Shown here one piece after another: positions 17,288 through 27,413 of a DNA stretch of 64,000 nucleotides. This DNA is from a virus. The stretch lies in the IMG/VR virus record IMGVR_UViG_3300033475_000015. One strand, given 5' to 3'. The position numbers and the translations under genes were made by a program. The notes under the pieces are model-generated. The model was not told the DNA's origin, made no database searches, and saw only the letters and a list, made by a program, of their open reading frames with translations. The first letter of the stretch is position 1, and the number at the start of each line of letters is the position of its first letter.

Positions 17288-18919
17288 GTGGCCGACCCGA
17301 CCAAGGTGGTGTTGGCCACCAACCCGGACCTGATGGAGGGTCTGCAGGTGCTGGCCAACAGCCTGCCGGACTACCACCGGGCCGAGATGTATTACGAGGC
17401 GACGAACCCTGAGTTCTTCGCGTCGATCCGTCTCCGGCGGGCGCTGGAGCGTACGGGCATCACGTTCCGGTTCAACCTGGCCAAGACCCCGGTCGACGTG
17501 ATGGCCGACCGCCTGGAGATCAATGCCATTACGGTTCCGGACGACGAGGAGGCGGACCAGATCCTGCAGGAGATCTGGGACCGCAACATGCTGTCGCTGG
17601 AGTCGACCAACATCCACCGCCGGGCCGGAGAGTTCGGCGACGCCTACCTGATCGTGTGGCCGTCGGCCGACCAGGGGCAGGACGAAGACCCGGACGACCC
17701 GGAGTCCGACGATGAGGCGATGGCCGCCCTGGATTTCCAGAACGTCGACATCTTCTACAACAGTGCCAAGACTACGCGTGTCGTCTACGACCTGGAGAAT
17801 CCGCTGCGCAAGCGGTTTGCCGTCAAGAAGTGGACGATGCCCGCCCAGCTCGGCATGAAGGCCAAGCCCCCGACCCGGGTCAACCTGTACTACCCGGACC
17901 GGATCGAGAAGTACGTCAGCTCCCCGAACAGCAAGGGCAACCAGCGCCGGGACTGGATCCGGTTCCAGGACGACGAAGACGAGGGCTGGCCGGTGGCCAA
18001 CCCGTTCGGCGAGATCCCGGTGTTCCACTTTCGGACCGGGACCCCGTACGGCGACCCAGAGCACCGAGCGGGCTACGGCCCGCAGGACGCCATCAACAAG
18101 CTGATCATCACGCACGCCGCGACGATCGACTACTACGGCTTTCCCCAGCGGTACCTGCTGGCAAACCCCGACCACGGGTCGGACGAGCTGGCCGACTTCG
18201 ACACCTCGGACGACATCAACCGGTTCGAGGACACGGGACACGACTCCACGCTGCGATCCGGTCCCGGCGAGGTGTGGTGGCTCAACGGCGTGCGACAGGC
18301 GGGCCAGTTCGAGCCGCCGGACCCGGCGGTGTTCCTCAACCCGCTGGACACCTACATCCGCATGATGGCCCAGGTGACCAGTACGCCGCTGCACTACTTC
18401 GACCCTCAGACCTACACCCGTCTGCCCCCGTCGGGCGAGTCCATCCGCGCGGCCGAGGTGCCGCTGCTCAAGCGGGTGCGCCGTCGGCAGATCACCTACG
18501 GGCGCGGATGGACCGATACCATGTCGTTCGCCTTGAAGGTGGCGACCTGGGACGACGACTCTGGCACCGGCCGGATCCGGCGTCCCAACCTGACGATCCG
18601 CTGGACTCCGGCGGCCACCATCGACGACACCGCCGGGTGGCAGATGCTGCAGGCCAAGCAGACGCTCGGGGTGCCTCCGCGCCAGACCCTGCTGGAGGCG
18701 GGCTACGAGGACGAGCAGGTCGATTCGTGGCTGCCCTACGGCGGAGACGACCTGAACCAGCGGGTGGACATGTTGGTGAAGGTAGGTACCGCCGCACAGG
18801 CCCTGGCCACCGCCGCCAATCTCGGGGCGCTGGACGGCGGCACTGTCGAGTCCATCATCATGGGCATGCTCAACCTTCCGGCAGAGAAGAACACCCAATT
18901 CGACGAGGGGACATCGTGA
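17288..18919 (+). CDS. Portal protein (SPP1 gp6-like)
   Basis: NLAKTPVDVMADRLEI, NPFGEIPVFHF, QDAINK, YYGFPQRY motifs; position after terL. Confidence 0.88.
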   Translation: MADPTKVVLATNPDLMEGLQVLANSLPDYHRAEMYYEATNPEFFASIRLRRALERTGITFRFNLAKTPVDVMADRLEINAITVPDDEEADQILQEIWDRNMLSLESTNIHRRAGEFGDAYLIVWPSADQGQDEDPDDPESDDEAMAALDFQNVDIFYNSAKTTRVVYDLENPLRKRFAVKKWTMPAQLGMKAKPPTRVNLYYPDRIEKYVSSPNSKGNQRRDWIRFQDDEDEGWPVANPFGEIPVFHFRTGTPYGDPEHRAGYGPQDAINKLIITHAATIDYYGFPQRYLLANPDHGSDELADFDTSDDINRFEDTGHDSTLRSGPGEVWWLNGVRQAGQFEPPDPAVFLNPLDTYIRMMAQVTSTPLHYFDPQTYTRLPPSGESIRAAEVPLLKRVRRRQITYGRGWTDTMSFALKVATWDDDSGTGRIRRPNLTIRWTPAATIDDTAGWQMLQAKQTLGVPPRQTLLEAGYEDEQVDSWLPYGGDDLNQRVDMLVKVGTAAQALATAANLGALDGGTVESIIMGMLNLPAEKNTQFDEGTS

Positions 18920-19200
18920 ACGGCGACAGGTACACCAAGGGCGCGGCGTCGGACGCCGAGCTGCTGCACGGCTGTGGTCAGACCGGTAAAGTCATGGCGC
19001 CGGGCAACCGACACTCCGACATCACCAGCTCCACCACCAAGGGCATGGACCCCGGCATGTCGGCCACGCTGGGTCGGCCCAAGGCCAGTTCCGACTACAA
19101 GGGCTCGACCCCCGAGGACGTGAGCACAGCGCCGGGACAGCGCACGACCCAGGTCTTCGGCGCGGGCCGGGTCGCCCGTCCGAACCCCAACAACCCCTGA
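18916..19200 (+). CDS. Small head-region protein
   Basis: GTGA-coupled to portal. Confidence 0.6.
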   Translation: MNGDRYTKGAASDAELLHGCGQTGKVMAPGNRHSDITSSTTKGMDPGMSATLGRPKASSDYKGSTPEDVSTAPGQRTTQVFGAGRVARPNPNNP

Positions 19201-19239
19201 CATTGTCTTCGAGTCACTCAGTAGGATAGGCTGGTCGGC

Positions 19240-21342
19240 ATGGGCGACAACTGGGCCAAGTGGGACGCTGAGCATCCCTACATCCACCACCCCCGCGTGC
19301 GCAAAGAGGGCGAGAAGCCCAAGAGCTCGGCCGACAAGCTGGCCGAGATGATCAAGTCCACCGTGGGCAACCACGAGGGGTCCCGTGCCACCGTCCACGA
19401 GCACGGGTCCGGCGGGTCCGTCGTGCACAAGTCGGCCAAGGGCGACTTCAAGCGGCCGGTCCAGCCCAAGGGACACAAGGACCGGGCCGATAGTGCCCGT
19501 ACCACCATCCGCATGGCCGCCTACAACCGGGGCAAGAAGGGCGAGTCCCCCGAGGTCGGCAAGATCGCGCCCGAGTCTGGCAACACGGGCAAAATCCGCT
19601 CCGCCGACAGGCTGGCCGCCCAGGTTACCGGGGCCAAGACGGTTAAGGGAACCGACGGCAGCTACACTGTGTCGCACCCCGACTGGGAGGTCCGATCGGC
19701 TCAGAACCGGACCATCCGCAACAAGGCCGGGGCCGACGCGATCGGCAAGTACCAGGATGACATCTCCCGGGTGGTCAAGCAGTCCGGCGCCAAGGGTCGT
19801 CCCGGCCTGAACATCCACCAGAACGGCGACGTCTTCGACGACGACAGTGGCAAGAAGCTGGGCCACATCGAGACCCCAGGCGAGCGCAAGGCCCGTGAGG
19901 CGGGCGGGGGTGGTGTGGATGCGGGGGCCGAGTACCGGGCGCAGCGGGCCCAAAAGTACGAGGACGCCAAGTCCAAGGCCATGTCCGCCGGAGACGCCGC
20001 CAGCACGGCGCAGGAGCACCGGGCGGCAGCGGCGCTGCACGAGGTGGCCATGGAGCACGCCGCCAGTCCCAACCACCGGTCGCTGCACTACAAGCAGGCC
20101 GAGAATCACAAGAAGCAGGCCGACCTGGCGGACAAGCAGGCGGCGCGAGAGGCGGCCAAGGCGGAGCGCGCGACCCAGTCCAAGGGCAAGCCGGTGAAGC
20201 TGGTTGCCGAGTTCAACGGTCAGACCCACACCCGTACCAGCGCCCGGCCGTACACCCACGCTGCGATCTACCGCAACAGCGAGGGCAAGCACTACGCCTC
20301 GTTCCACGAGTCGCGTGCGAGCGCTCTGCGCGGCAGTGACGGCGCCCGTCCCATCGGCGTGGTTGCGGTACGTCCGGCCGACGAGGCTACCGCCGCCGAT
20401 GACGCGGCGCGCAAGCACTACGACATGGTAGCCGGGCGGGCCAAGCAGGCCAGCGACACCGCCAGGTCGGCCCGGGACCATGACGACGCGACCAAGCTCA
20501 ACCGCCGGGCCGCCGAGTTGGCTCCGACCGAGAACCACCGCAACGTGCACACCAAGCTGGCCGAGACCCACGAGAAGCTGGCCGACAACGCCCGACGGCA
20601 GGACGCTCTCAACGCCCAGAAAGAAGCCGACCGAAAGAAGGCCAGCGACGAGGCGGCCCGCAAGGTCGAGGAGGCCAAGGCCCGGGTCAACGATCGCCAG
20701 ACCAAGTACAACGACGCCCGCCAGAAGGCGTTCGAGGCCGGACGCAAGGCCGAGACCGAGAACACCCCCGAAGCGTACGAGGCGGCGTCGGCCGCCCACA
20801 CAGGTGCGGGCAACCTGGCGATCTCCGACCAGCAGCAGCGATCCCACGACACCCAAGCCAGGGCGTACCGCGAGAACGCCAAGAACCTGCGCGGCCAGAG
20901 CTCCGCCAGCAAGCTGGTAGCCGCCCGTGACAGCCGGGCCGCCAAGCCCGCCGCCCTGACTGGCCAGAATGTGCACAAGGCCCTCGAAGGTTCGGGCTTG
21001 CGGCGCAAGGTCAGCCAGGGAACCTCCACCGACTACCGGGGCCGGGTTCTGCAGCGCGGCGGCGGCATCGGTGAGGGCAAGTACGACTCCAAGAAGAACT
21101 ACGATGGTTCCTACCGGGTGGACGTCCATGGTGATCGCACCACCCCGCAGGGCGCAGCCCGTCACGACACCAACATCGCCAAGGCCCGCCAGGCCCTGGA
21201 GGCCAAGGGGTGGCAGGTCGACGAGGGTCACACCGGGATGGCTGGTCACCTGGAGGTGTCCGAGCGTAAGGCCGACGCCCAGATCGCCAAGGACCGCGCC
21301 GCGACTATCGCGAGCGTCTCGGGAAAAGCGGCAGCCCGGTAG
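19240..21342 (+). CDS. 700-aa Lys/Ala/Arg-rich head-region protein (short form of frameshift product)
   Basis: Leaderless TAGGCT -10; basic, low complexity; ends G-GGA-AAA-GCG-GCA-GCC-CGG-TAG. Confidence 0.8.
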   Translation: MGDNWAKWDAEHPYIHHPRVRKEGEKPKSSADKLAEMIKSTVGNHEGSRATVHEHGSGGSVVHKSAKGDFKRPVQPKGHKDRADSARTTIRMAAYNRGKKGESPEVGKIAPESGNTGKIRSADRLAAQVTGAKTVKGTDGSYTVSHPDWEVRSAQNRTIRNKAGADAIGKYQDDISRVVKQSGAKGRPGLNIHQNGDVFDDDSGKKLGHIETPGERKAREAGGGGVDAGAEYRAQRAQKYEDAKSKAMSAGDAASTAQEHRAAAALHEVAMEHAASPNHRSLHYKQAENHKKQADLADKQAAREAAKAERATQSKGKPVKLVAEFNGQTHTRTSARPYTHAAIYRNSEGKHYASFHESRASALRGSDGARPIGVVAVRPADEATAADDAARKHYDMVAGRAKQASDTARSARDHDDATKLNRRAAELAPTENHRNVHTKLAETHEKLADNARRQDALNAQKEADRKKASDEAARKVEEAKARVNDRQTKYNDARQKAFEAGRKAETENTPEAYEAASAAHTGAGNLAISDQQQRSHDTQARAYRENAKNLRGQSSASKLVAARDSRAAKPAALTGQNVHKALEGSGLRRKVSQGTSTDYRGRVLQRGGGIGEGKYDSKKNYDGSYRVDVHGDRTTPQGAARHDTNIAKARQALEAKGWQVDEGHTGMAGHLEVSERKADAQIAKDRAATIASVSGKAAAR

Positions 21343-21351
21343 AGTCCGGGC
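21321..21351 (+). other. Predicted -1 programmed ribosomal frameshift (GGGAAAA plus downstream hairpin)
   Basis: In-frame G GGA AAA at 21321-21327; hairpin GCCCGG-TAGAGT-CCGGGC at 21334-21351; -1 frame open to 22586. Confidence 0.75.
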
Positions 21352-22586
21352 GATCCGCCGACAAGCTGGCCGCGCAGACACGCACCACCGAGCAGGAGGT
21401 TGAGGCGGTCAAGCGTGACCACCCCAACGTGTCGTTGTCGGTGCACCGCTCCAGCGGCGGGCACATGGTGGTGTCCAAGATCGTTGTTCCCAAGGAGGAG
21501 CGCGGTAAGGGCACAGGCGGTCAAATCATGAAGCGGCTGACCGACGCTGCCGACCGCAACGGAGACACCATGGCGCTCACCCCGTCCAAGGACTTCGGGG
21601 CGTCCAGCGTCAGCCGCTTGAACACCTTCTATAAGGGCCACGGGTTCGTCGACAACAAGGGCAAGAACAAGGACTTCGGCACCAAAGAGTCCATGATCCG
21701 TGAGCCCAAGAAGGGCCCAGCGGGCGGGGGTGGTGTAAACGCTCTGCAGTCGTCGACCAAGGCACCAAGCACGGGGTCTGGACCGGCTGACATGCGCACC
21801 ACCGACGCCCAGGTAGTCCGGGACCGCAAGGCCACGGCGGCGGCGGCCAAGCCCGACGACAACACCTTTACCCAAGCGGGTAAGGATTACAAGCAGGCCT
21901 TGAAGGACCGCAACGACTCCCGGTATCGGCTGTCCACTGGGAGCAGTGCGGACGCTGACGCCGACCGGAAGACACTGACAAGCAGCGAGGCGGCCATGAA
22001 AAAGCTGTGGCCACAGCTAACCAGTCGGGACGTTGCCGAGCAGGCGGTCCGGATGGATCCGTCGGTCAACCCGGAGATCCGGCAGTCGATGGTGGACGAG
22101 GTCACCAAGCACGTCCAGTTCACGGGCAAGCACGACCTGTGGAAGAGGGCGACCATCAACCTGGGCAAGACCCCGCCCAAGGTCAACGGAACCACGATGC
22201 ACGGGGAACACATCGTGGTCGGCGATCATCTGGTCGGCAGGGACTCGTTCGGCAAGGCCAACGTCAAAAAGAACGACTTCAAAACCGGTCACCACGCCGT
22301 CGGCACCCTGGGCTCGGACGATGTCGGCGGGCACAAGGCCACCTTGGCCCATGAGATCGGCCACGTCGTGCACCACCAGGTGTACGGCGGCTCCGGCAGG
22401 ACCACTCCGGCGGTGCCCGGCACCCGGGGCACGCACAACTCCAGCTATGGCAACACCAACCACCACGAGGGTGCGGCCGAGGCGTACGCCGCCGCGTTTG
22501 CCCGTGCCCAGGGGCATCAGTACCGGAACGACCAGCTCGCCGACGTCGGCGACCAGATGGCCAAGAAGGCCCGGGAGGACAAGTGA
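21327..22586 (+). CDS. GNAT acetyltransferase plus HExxH zincin domains; probably the -1 frame extension of 19240 (fusion about 1115 aa)
   Basis: GNAT: VVPKEERGKGTGG...FYKGHGF; zincin: TLAHEIGH...EGAAEAY; first GTG at 21429 lies inside the domain context. Confidence 0.75.
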   Translation, partial: SGSPVESGRSADKLAAQTRTTEQEVEAVKRDHPNVSLSVHRSSGGHMVVSKIVVPKEERGKGTGGQIMKRLTDAADRNGDTMALTPSKDFGASSVSRLNTFYKGHGFVDNKGKNKDFGTKESMIREPKKGPAGGGGVNALQSSTKAPSTGSGPADMRTTDAQVVRDRKATAAAAKPDDNTFTQAGKDYKQALKDRNDSRYRLSTGSSADADADRKTLTSSEAAMKKLWPQLTSRDVAEQAVRMDPSVNPEIRQSMVDEVTKHVQFTGKHDLWKRATINLGKTPPKVNGTTMHGEHIVVGDHLVGRDSFGKANVKKNDFKTGHHAVGTLGSDDVGGHKATLAHEIGHVVHHQVYGGSGRTTPAVPGTRGTHNSSYGNTNHHEGAAEAYAAAFARAQGHQYRNDQLADVGDQMAKKAREDK

Positions 22587-22747
22587 CCGCCGCCCCCACC
22601 CTGGAGCAGATCGCAGCCGGGTACGGAGTAAAGCCGACCGACGTCAGTTGTTCGGGTTACGGGTCAGCGCCGGACAAGCCCCGGACCTCCGCGCAGAAGC
22701 TGGCAGACAGGATCAAGAGCAGTGGCGCAGGTCAACAGCGCCGGTAA
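22583..22747 (+). CDS. 54-aa ORF not on the track, carries KPRTSAQKLADRIKS
   Basis: GTGA-coupled; motif resembles KPKSSADKLAEMIKS in the 700-aa protein. Confidence 0.5.
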   Translation: MTAAPTLEQIAAGYGVKPTDVSCSGYGSAPDKPRTSAQKLADRIKSSGAGQQRR

Positions 22748-23843
22748 CACCCCCGCTGAGCAGCAGGCCGTCAGCGCGGTCACGACGGAGAACGCCGCCG
22801 CCGTGGCTGCGCTGCTGGTGCTGGAGAAGCAGGCTCTCGACCGGGTGACCAGCGGGCTGCGCCAGATCCTCAACGAGTTGTTCCGGCGCCTGTCGGCCAA
22901 ATACGTGCTGCTGACCGGGGCCCTGGCCAACACCACCTCCCCCCAGCAGGCCGACCAGCTCAGGCAGATCCTGATCGACGGCATCCAGGACCTGGCGACC
23001 CAGGCCCAGCAGGCTGCACAGGCTCTCGCACAGGCCGCGCAGCAGGCCCTGGCCCGGGGCCGGGAGTACGCGAACCGGTACCTGTCGGACCCGGTCGACG
23101 ACGTGTCTTTGCCTGCTGAAGTCCAGCAGCTGATCGACGGTCTGCCCGCCCAGATCGAGGCCAAGATCGACGACGCCACCCGCGCCATCGAGCAACTGGC
23201 CCTGCCCGACTGGGACAGCCTGGTCAAGGCCGTCGGCCGGGCGAACCAGGTCCCCAACTCGGTGACCCGCACCGTGACCACGGCCGTGAACCGAGCGAAC
23301 AGCAGCGCCGTCCGACAGGTCGCTGTCGAGCGGGGTGCCTCTGTCCTGTGGGTGGCCGAGCCAGACGCATGCGTTATCTGCCTGGCCTTGTCCGGCCACA
23401 TCATCGACCCGATGTCGGGCGACGGGTTCGACGAGGAGGCCACCTTCGGCCGCCCCGGGTCGGCACCTGATGTGTGGCCGCCCGGCCAGCCGCTGATGGA
23501 GCCGCCCCGGCACCCGAACTGCCGGTGTCACCCGGAACTGTGGTTTGGCCCGCACGTCGCACCGGGCGGCCCCGAGGAGACCAGCCTGTACAACCGCCCC
23601 GGAATCGGCGAGCGCGTCGATCTTGCCGCCGCACTGCGCCGGGAGGCCAAGCGCTCGGTTCTGTACGGCTGGTCCCTCGAATCCGAGTCCAACAACACCC
23701 GGCTGTATGCGGCCCGGCGCCTGCTATCCCTTGGCGCCGGACTGCCCAAGTCTGTCGAGGAGCGCGCGCACCTGGCTGTGGCACGCGGCCAGTTCGAGGG
23801 CCGTGTCCACCCGTCAAAGCGGCGTACTGCACACCGGCAATAG
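22722..23843 (+). CDS. MuF-like (phage Mu gpF) minor head protein
   Basis: ACVICLALSG...PPRHPNCRC signature. Confidence 0.8.
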   Translation: MAQVNSAGNTPAEQQAVSAVTTENAAAVAALLVLEKQALDRVTSGLRQILNELFRRLSAKYVLLTGALANTTSPQQADQLRQILIDGIQDLATQAQQAAQALAQAAQQALARGREYANRYLSDPVDDVSLPAEVQQLIDGLPAQIEAKIDDATRAIEQLALPDWDSLVKAVGRANQVPNSVTRTVTTAVNRANSSAVRQVAVERGASVLWVAEPDACVICLALSGHIIDPMSGDGFDEEATFGRPGSAPDVWPPGQPLMEPPRHPNCRCHPELWFGPHVAPGGPEETSLYNRPGIGERVDLAAALRREAKRSVLYGWSLESESNNTRLYAARRLLSLGAGLPKSVEERAHLAVARGQFEGRVHPSKRRTAHRQ

Positions 23844-23909
23844 TCGATGTTAAACTGACCGTAGCCGACGGATGTCGGCGGTCAGCATCGTCCCGGTTGG
23901 GAGCCACTC

Positions 23910-24755
23910 TTGAAGGTCAACCGCCTGATCCCCCCGCTGCTCGGCGTGCCCATCGGGTACCTGCCCAGCGGCAAGCCCGTCTACCCCGTCTTCGGCGGGG
24001 CCGAGGACCTCGACATCGAGCCGGACGGCGAGGGGGGTGAAGAGGAGGACCCCGAGGGCGAGGACGACCCGGACGAGCCCGAGCAGGAGCCCGCCGGGAA
24101 GAAGGGCAAGTACACCCCGCCCGAGCAGTCCGAGTGGCTTAAGGTCCAGAATTCCCTGATGCGGGCCAGCGGCCAGGCCAAGCAGCGCCGTGAGGCCCTG
24201 GCCGAGGCCACCAAGAAGATTGCGGAGCTGGAGGCCGAGAAGGCCGAGCGCGAGGCGGCCGACGAGCGTGCGGCCCTGCGTGAGCAGCGCAAGCCCGCTG
24301 GCGGCAAGGCCAAGGCGGGCGGGGGTGGTGTACCCGACCTGCCGGAGGGCGTGATGACCAAGGCTCAGGTTCGCCAGGCGACCCTGGCCGCAGCCAAGGA
24401 GGCGGAGGACCGGGCGGCCGACAAGTATCGGGGCATGCTGGTTGGGACCGCCGCCCGCGCGGCCCTGGTCTCCGAGGGTGTCGGCAAGGAGGCGGCCAAC
24501 CGCCTGGTGAAGCTGCTGGACCTGGGTGAGATCGAGCTCGACCCGGACAACGGCGAGATCACCGGCGGCCTGGACGAGCAGCTGGAATCTCTGAAGACCG
24601 AACTGCCGCAGTTGTTCGCCAAGCCCGAGCCCGAGGCCCCCCGGCCCCGGCGCCGTCCGGCACCTCGGGTCACCGCCGCGCCCCAGCCGGAGGCACCAGA
24701 GCGTCCCCGCTCCTCGGCCGAGCTGATGGCCCAGTCCATCCTTGGAGGGCGTTAA
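23910..24755 (+). CDS. Capsid scaffolding protein
   Basis: Acidic/coiled-coil protein directly before the capsid gene; LKTELPQLF motif. Confidence 0.75.
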   Translation: MKVNRLIPPLLGVPIGYLPSGKPVYPVFGGAEDLDIEPDGEGGEEEDPEGEDDPDEPEQEPAGKKGKYTPPEQSEWLKVQNSLMRASGQAKQRREALAEATKKIAELEAEKAEREAADERAALREQRKPAGGKAKAGGGGVPDLPEGVMTKAQVRQATLAAAKEAEDRAADKYRGMLVGTAARAALVSEGVGKEAANRLVKLLDLGEIELDPDNGEITGGLDEQLESLKTELPQLFAKPEPEAPRPRRRPAPRVTAAPQPEAPERPRSSAELMAQSILGGR

Positions 24756-24881
24756 GCAGTTCGACGTGGTTGACACGGCCGCGACGTGGTAACATGGTAA
24801 CAGCCTGCGGATGCGGGTGGGTAGACCGGTTGGTCGACGTGATACTCACAACTCACCCCCAGCCCCAGGAGGTTCGCGGCC

Positions 24882-25928
24882 GTGCTCCGCATCAACCTGC
24901 TGAGTGGCCCCGGCGTCGCCCCCCAGACGCTCCTGGGTCACACCAGCTCCGGCAAGCCCATCTTTGCGATCGCCGGTGGCGCCCGCGACACGATGGAAGC
25001 GTGGATCCCCGAGGAGTTCGACTCCCAGGTGATCATGCGGGTCAACCAGATCTCGGGCGTCGAGGCGCTCGGGTCCCCGGTCCCCATGAACTCGGAGACG
25101 CGCTCCGTTCCCCGTTCCGCCGGTATCGGCGTGAGCGTCGTCGCCAAGGGCGGCACCTACAACGAGGACCAGTCGGTCAACGACTCGGTCATCCTGTCCG
25201 CCTCCAAGTTCGGCCAGGCCGTCCGCATCGCGGAAGAGGACATCGACGACTCGATCGCCGACGTCATCGCCACGAAGCAGAAGGACTGGGCGACCTCGTA
25301 CGGCAAGATGTTCGACAACGCCTGTCTGGCCACCTCGGCCGCCCCGGGCGCTGGCGTGCCGTTCGCGTCGGTGTACTACTCGCTCACTCAGAACGACTCG
25401 AACACCGGCTACACCGCCAACAGCAACCTGACCCAAACCGGGTCCGGCGGCACCACGTACACCACCCTGTCCAACTCCCTGGGCAACGTCGAGCGCGGCA
25501 ACTACTTCGACATCTCGGAGATGGTCTGTCTCGCCCACCCGGCGTACCGCAACCTCCTGCGGAACATCAAGGACACGAACCAGCGTCCGATCTTCCAGGA
25601 GTCGACCGGTGGCTTCCCCGGCGGCGGTATGGCCGCCTCGCCAGACACCATCTTCGGCATCCCGATCCACTGGTCGCTCGGCGCGATGACCTCCGCCACG
25701 GCGACCGCCACCCCGACCGGCAACCCGCTGCTGATCTGGGCGAACCGCAACTACATGATCGTCGGCCGCCGCTCCGGCCCGGAGTCGGTGTTCATCGACG
25801 GTCGCAACGGCCTGGCCGCCCTGACCGACGAGTCGATCCTGAAGATGCGCGCCCGGCGTGCGTTCGCGGTCGGCCACGAGGCTGCCTTCGCGGTCCACGA
25901 GGACAACAGCGGCTCGCTGCTGATCTGA
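24882..25928 (+). CDS. Major capsid protein (HK97 fold)
   Basis: AWIPEEFDSQVI, KFGQAVRIAEEDIDDS, TIFGIPIHW, LKMRARRAFAV. Confidence 0.88.
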   Translation: MLRINLLSGPGVAPQTLLGHTSSGKPIFAIAGGARDTMEAWIPEEFDSQVIMRVNQISGVEALGSPVPMNSETRSVPRSAGIGVSVVAKGGTYNEDQSVNDSVILSASKFGQAVRIAEEDIDDSIADVIATKQKDWATSYGKMFDNACLATSAAPGAGVPFASVYYSLTQNDSNTGYTANSNLTQTGSGGTTYTTLSNSLGNVERGNYFDISEMVCLAHPAYRNLLRNIKDTNQRPIFQESTGGFPGGGMAASPDTIFGIPIHWSLGAMTSATATATPTGNPLLIWANRNYMIVGRRSGPESVFIDGRNGLAALTDESILKMRARRAFAVGHEAAFAVHEDNSGSLLI

Positions 25929-26015
25929 CCTCCAGCCGAGGGCCCATGACGGGGGCGGGTGGTGTCTCAGGCGGAACACCGCCCGCCCCTTCTCGGATCG
26001 GAACAGGAGATTGAC

Positions 26016-26558
26016 ATGCCGGACTTCACCGGGGGCCAGTTCCCGTCTCTCGACGGACGCCCCGAGGACGAGGTCACCCAGCGAACCGAGGCCCCGACCG
26101 AGGGCAACTGGTTCACGCGGGTGTTCACCGTCCACAACCGCAACCACACTCGCGACCTTCCGGCCGACCACGAGTCGCACCTGGCGAACTTCGCGTCGAC
26201 CCTGCAGGACGCGCTTCAGCGGGGTCTGCACCCCAAGGCCGCGCCGGAGCTGGTCTCCGAGACCGACCACCCGGTCGACCCGAACAGCACCGACCTGACC
26301 TATCGGGTCCCGGTGGTGCCCGCCGTGGCCGATGAGGAGCCGGAGACCACGGTCACCCCGGGTGTCCTTGGTCAGGCCCTGGCCCAGTCGGCGTCCCCCG
26401 CACCCGCCACGGCGCAGGAACTGACCGAAACTGTCCAGGCTCCCGCCCCCAAGAAGGGCACGAAGACCGCCTCCGCGCCCTCGGCGGACCCGGCCCCGGC
26501 CGAGACCACCGCCGCTCCGTCCGAGGCCCCCGAGACCCCCTCCGAGCCCACGGAGTAA
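26016..26558 (+). CDS. Head-associated hypothetical protein with P/A/T-rich tail
   Basis: AGGAG RBS; follows capsid gene. Confidence 0.65.
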   Translation: MPDFTGGQFPSLDGRPEDEVTQRTEAPTEGNWFTRVFTVHNRNHTRDLPADHESHLANFASTLQDALQRGLHPKAAPELVSETDHPVDPNSTDLTYRVPVVPAVADEEPETTVTPGVLGQALAQSASPAPATAQELTETVQAPAPKKGTKTASAPSADPAPAETTAAPSEAPETPSEPTE

Positions 26559-26561
26559 CCA

Positions 26562-27413
26562 GTGACGCTCGCGACCAACCAGGGCGCGACGGCCGTTGTC
26601 CCCGCGTCCTGGTCGGTCAACGGGGCGCCGACCGATCCGTCGGCCCTGAGCATCCGCATTACGGCCAACATCGACGGCAGCACGGTGGTGCCCACCACGA
26701 CGGATGGGATCTACCACGCCTCGACGGGTGAGTACCAGTTCAGCTGGGCCGTGTCGACCTCCCAGACCGTCGGCGACTACACCGCTACGTGGAACGCCAC
26801 TCTGGCCAGCTCCGCCGCCACCCAAGCCGTCACCGTCACGGTCCAGGACGCGAATTTCGGCATGCCCGGGTTCAAGACCTGGTGCGACATCTCGCTGACC
26901 GAGGACCTGATCAACGGCCAGGGCAACGTGAACCCGGTGGACCCGGTGGTGTGGGTCAAGGCCGTGACCGGGTCGACCCTGACTCTGGACCAGATCCAGC
27001 AGGCTCAGCAGGTGCTGAACATGTTCAGCAACTACACTCCTGAGAGCTCAGGGTTTAACATGCAGCCGTTCGACCTGATGTGGCTGCGCTACGGCCTGGC
27101 CTATCAGGGCTCCTGGATGCTGGGCCAGCCGGGCCTGCTGCAGCGCGGGACCATCAAGCAGCTGTCGCAGGACGGTCTGTCGACCACCTGGGACACCGAC
27201 CAGGGCACAGAACGCGCCCTGATGCTCGGCCCGCTGGCGCTGCGCTCTCTCAAGCAGCTGAGCTGGCAGAAGTCCCGTTCGCTGCGTGTCCGCACGCCGT
27301 TCATCGACGACCAGACCCCGATCTCGTCCGACCCCGACGCCGAGGCCAACGACCTGTACGAGCGCTGGGTGGACATGTACAACTTCGGCTATCGAGGGAG
27401 CTCAGTTCCCTGA
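26562..27413 (+). CDS. Head-to-tail adaptor with N-terminal Ig-like domain
   Basis: Beta-rich N-terminus (GEYQFSW...GDYTATW) plus adaptor-like C-terminus; synteny. Confidence 0.6.
   Translation: MTLATNQGATAVVPASWSVNGAPTDPSALSIRITANIDGSTVVPTTTDGIYHASTGEYQFSWAVSTSQTVGDYTATWNATLASSAATQAVTVTVQDANFGMPGFKTWCDISLTEDLINGQGNVNPVDPVVWVKAVTGSTLTLDQIQQAQQVLNMFSNYTPESSGFNMQPFDLMWLRYGLAYQGSWMLGQPGLLQRGTIKQLSQDGLSTTWDTDQGTERALMLGPLALRSLKQLSWQKSRSLRVRTPFIDDQTPISSDPDAEANDLYERWVDMYNFGYRGSSVP

Noticed and set aside
18736-21381. Long antisense or alternate-frame ORFs (e.g. 18736-21381, 31438-34251, 24846-26825, 57695-60046, 55784-57211, 8264-10384)
   Set aside because: Shadow ORFs expected at high GC; they overlap genes with clear family motifs and have no motifs or RBS of their own
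21429-22586. Treating the GNAT-zincin ORF as an independent gene starting at GTG 21429
   Set aside because: No properly spaced RBS, protein-like sequence continues upstream in frame, and a slippery site explains it better; not fully excluded
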